From the NCBI GenBank assembly GCA_964542475.1, contig CAZIUL010000005.1:91066-155065 (forward strand): 64,000 bases of DNA. The letters run 5' to 3'. This document shows positions 63,955 to 64,000 of this stretch, piece by piece. Below the pieces are notes generated by a model that saw only the letters and a program-made list of their open reading frames with translations, was not told the DNA's origin and made no database searches. The first letter of the stretch is position 1. Every line of letters begins with the position of its first letter. The position numbers were made by a program, and so were the translations under genes. This DNA comes from an uncultured Phycisphaerales bacterium (GTDB lineage Bacteria; Planctomycetota; B15-G4; CAYZWU01).

Positions 63955-64000
63955 AGCGGGCAGTGTCGCCAAACGCGTCAAGGGGATGAGAGGGATGTAT

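Overview
This 64-kb window is GC-rich and looks like a sulfate-reducing Desulfobacterota-type genome. The first ~29 kb carries an almost complete dissimilatory sulfate-reduction pathway in one co-oriented plus-strand block. The order is sat, aprBA, then a small Zn-ribbon ORF and a YkgJ-like ORF, then qmoC-qmoA-qmoB, dsrABD, dsrN, a dsrL-like gene, dsrC, a candidate dsrT, dsrMKJOP, and hemA overlapping dsrP. Just upstream of this block are a membrane pyrophosphatase (hppA), an SDR reductase and a 5'-truncated outer-membrane barrel gene. From about 28.8 to 39.9 kb the window looks accessory: a secreted EEP-family nuclease, hypothetical secreted or membrane proteins, an SGNH hydrolase, an ECF sigma/anti-sigma pair, a beta-helix protein, an SPFH protein and a GntR regulator, interspersed with at least four intergenic repeat families. 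The 40-48 kb region encodes a thiol:fumarate-reductase-like set (hdrC, hdrB, frdB-like, frdA-like), flanked by a divergently transcribed CoA-disulfide-reductase/rhodanese gene and by a fused NDP-forming acyl-CoA synthetase. Downstream are a response regulator fused to a non-lipoylatable GcvH-like domain with a PAS histidine kinase, class-I fumarase fumAB, a peptide-utilisation locus (M24 peptidase, POT transporter, PepT, Kelch propeller, S8 protease), and a frameshifted Ser/Thr-kinase–WD40 gene that ends at 63954, near the window end. The most unusual sequence-level signal is a ~40-nt repeat (5 copies) oriented with, and sitting at, the 3' end of the preceding gene in every copy; in 4 of 5 copies its first three nucleotides are that gene's stop codon. 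No rRNA, tRNA or CRISPR was recognised. All calls are from sequence reading alone; no searches were run.
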